Origin: Lingula anatina
Taxonomy: Eukaryota > Animalia > Brachiopoda
DNA length: 64,000 nucleotides
Reading direction: 5' to 3'
Assembly: GCA_051362555.1 (NCBI GenBank)
Contig: CM120641.1
Coordinates: 3,968,001 to 4,032,000 of the forward strand
This document shows, piece after piece, positions 62,998-64,000 of this stretch (position 1 is its first letter; every line of letters starts with the position of its first letter). Made by a program: the position numbers and the translations under genes. The notes below the pieces were generated by a model. It did not search any database. It was given only the letters and a program-made list of their open reading frames with translations, and was not told where the DNA came from.

Positions 62998-63567
62998 TGC
63001 AAGCGAGGCAATTTGCGTGGTGACAGATATCGTTAACTTGATAGTCATTTAAAACCAAAGCTTTACATTAAAAAACGAAATAAAACACAGAATCCTAGTG
63101 CAGGGGCGGGTTATGCAATATTTTTAGAGGTAAAAATCTGCTCTTTTCCCTAGGAAAATTCAGTTTGGCGGGAAAATACCGTGAAGCAGACCTACGGGAA
63201 TGTCCCTGGCGATAGGGAGCAGAATTCAACAGTTACACTAAGCTCTTCTCGTACATTGTATTCTAAGTTGGATAGATAACAATTTAAACTATTTGCCAGT
63301 TTATCACGGCCTCAATTTATATCTAAAGTGATATAAAGCGTCACTCAAAACAAATGAGCAACAGCATATCCGTTTGTCGTTTTGCTCACAGTGAAAAAAC
63401 CAGAGCATTTCAGATAAGTGATATTCGTATAAGTCTTCGTAAAACAGGGAGAAAACATAAAAACATTAAAAACTACAAAACTCCATCCGTGTAAAACAAG
63501 CTGGCTGATTTTATGACCTCATAGGCCTTAGAGTACGCATTAAACAACCCTACGGAACTAGACCTTA

Positions 63568-64000
63568 GGCCACACTTTTTTAATTTTATGGATGACATCC
63601 TGCGCGCGCACCGATTTTCGCCCGTTCTCCGAACCCCCCCCCCCCCCCAGCCCCCAACGAAGTCGGTTAGTGAATTTGCCAGGAAATGAGCTTTCTGCGC
63701 ATGCGTATTATCGCCACGTGGAAATGTGGCCGCTTTGCCGTCAAATTCATCTCTAGGATAACTTTCAAATTACACGACAATTAAAGTCATAAAGAGAACG
63801 GGTGCCGTCGTTTTGGATTGGTATGCCATTGATATTGGGCATGGAGATATCACCTTTTTACAATTGTGCGAAAGGCTGGCGGCCGCCAGCGATTATCGCC
63901 CGAAAAATTTCAGTGACATTCTGTACAAAGCAGCACATAGGCTACCAGGTTTTCTGTAGCGAAAAAAGGGTCGACAAGGGCGTCGAGGTATTTGGTGGGC
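63568..64000. mobile_element. Start of a probable PIF/Harbinger-like insertion (runs off the window)
   Basis: Similarity to the 28.2-kb paralogous spacer ends abruptly at TTA|GGCCACAC, a TWA target with a GGCC terminus; GC content rises. Confidence 0.45.

Larger units (their letters stand above)
40850..63567 (+). repeat. Segmental duplicate, copy 2 (genes D+E and spacers)
   Basis: See partner 7759-28272. Confidence 0.85.

Overview
AT-rich eukaryotic (animal, most likely marine invertebrate) genomic DNA, not prokaryotic. The window is a tandem array of one gene family on the + strand: the last exon of copy 0 (1-563) and five complete copies A (8784-12656), B (15578-26238, inactivated), C (30503-33611), D (41884-45698) and E (55718-62009). 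Each complete copy has three coding exons that splice in frame: ~1.24-1.28 kb, 98 bp and ~0.59-0.60 kb, with phase-1 then phase-0 GT-AG introns. The products are ~640-660 aa proteins with a signal peptide, a basic pro-region ending in an R-x-R-R furin-type site, a Ser/Thr/N-glycan-rich linker, a somatomedin-B-like Cys cluster (CYCDxFCxxFxDCC), two NxxCxxC Cys modules and a terminal hydrophobic tail that looks like a GPI signal. By my recollection of the family, this resembles the ectodomain of invertebrate SMB-containing family-B/Methuselah-like GPCRs without a 7TM. The array has higher-order structure (A-B is repeated as D-E), patchwork paralogs, a recurrently mutated loop and decayed extra exon copies. 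Spacers and introns are packed with non-autonomous DNA transposons (Tc1/mariner relics, two ~4.3-kb TA-flanked CCGT-ended elements, Helentron-like, Kolobok-like, EnSpm-like and Harbinger-like MITEs), minisatellites and microsatellites. No RNA genes or CRISPR arrays were found. All family assignments come from motif recognition by eye; no database search was run.
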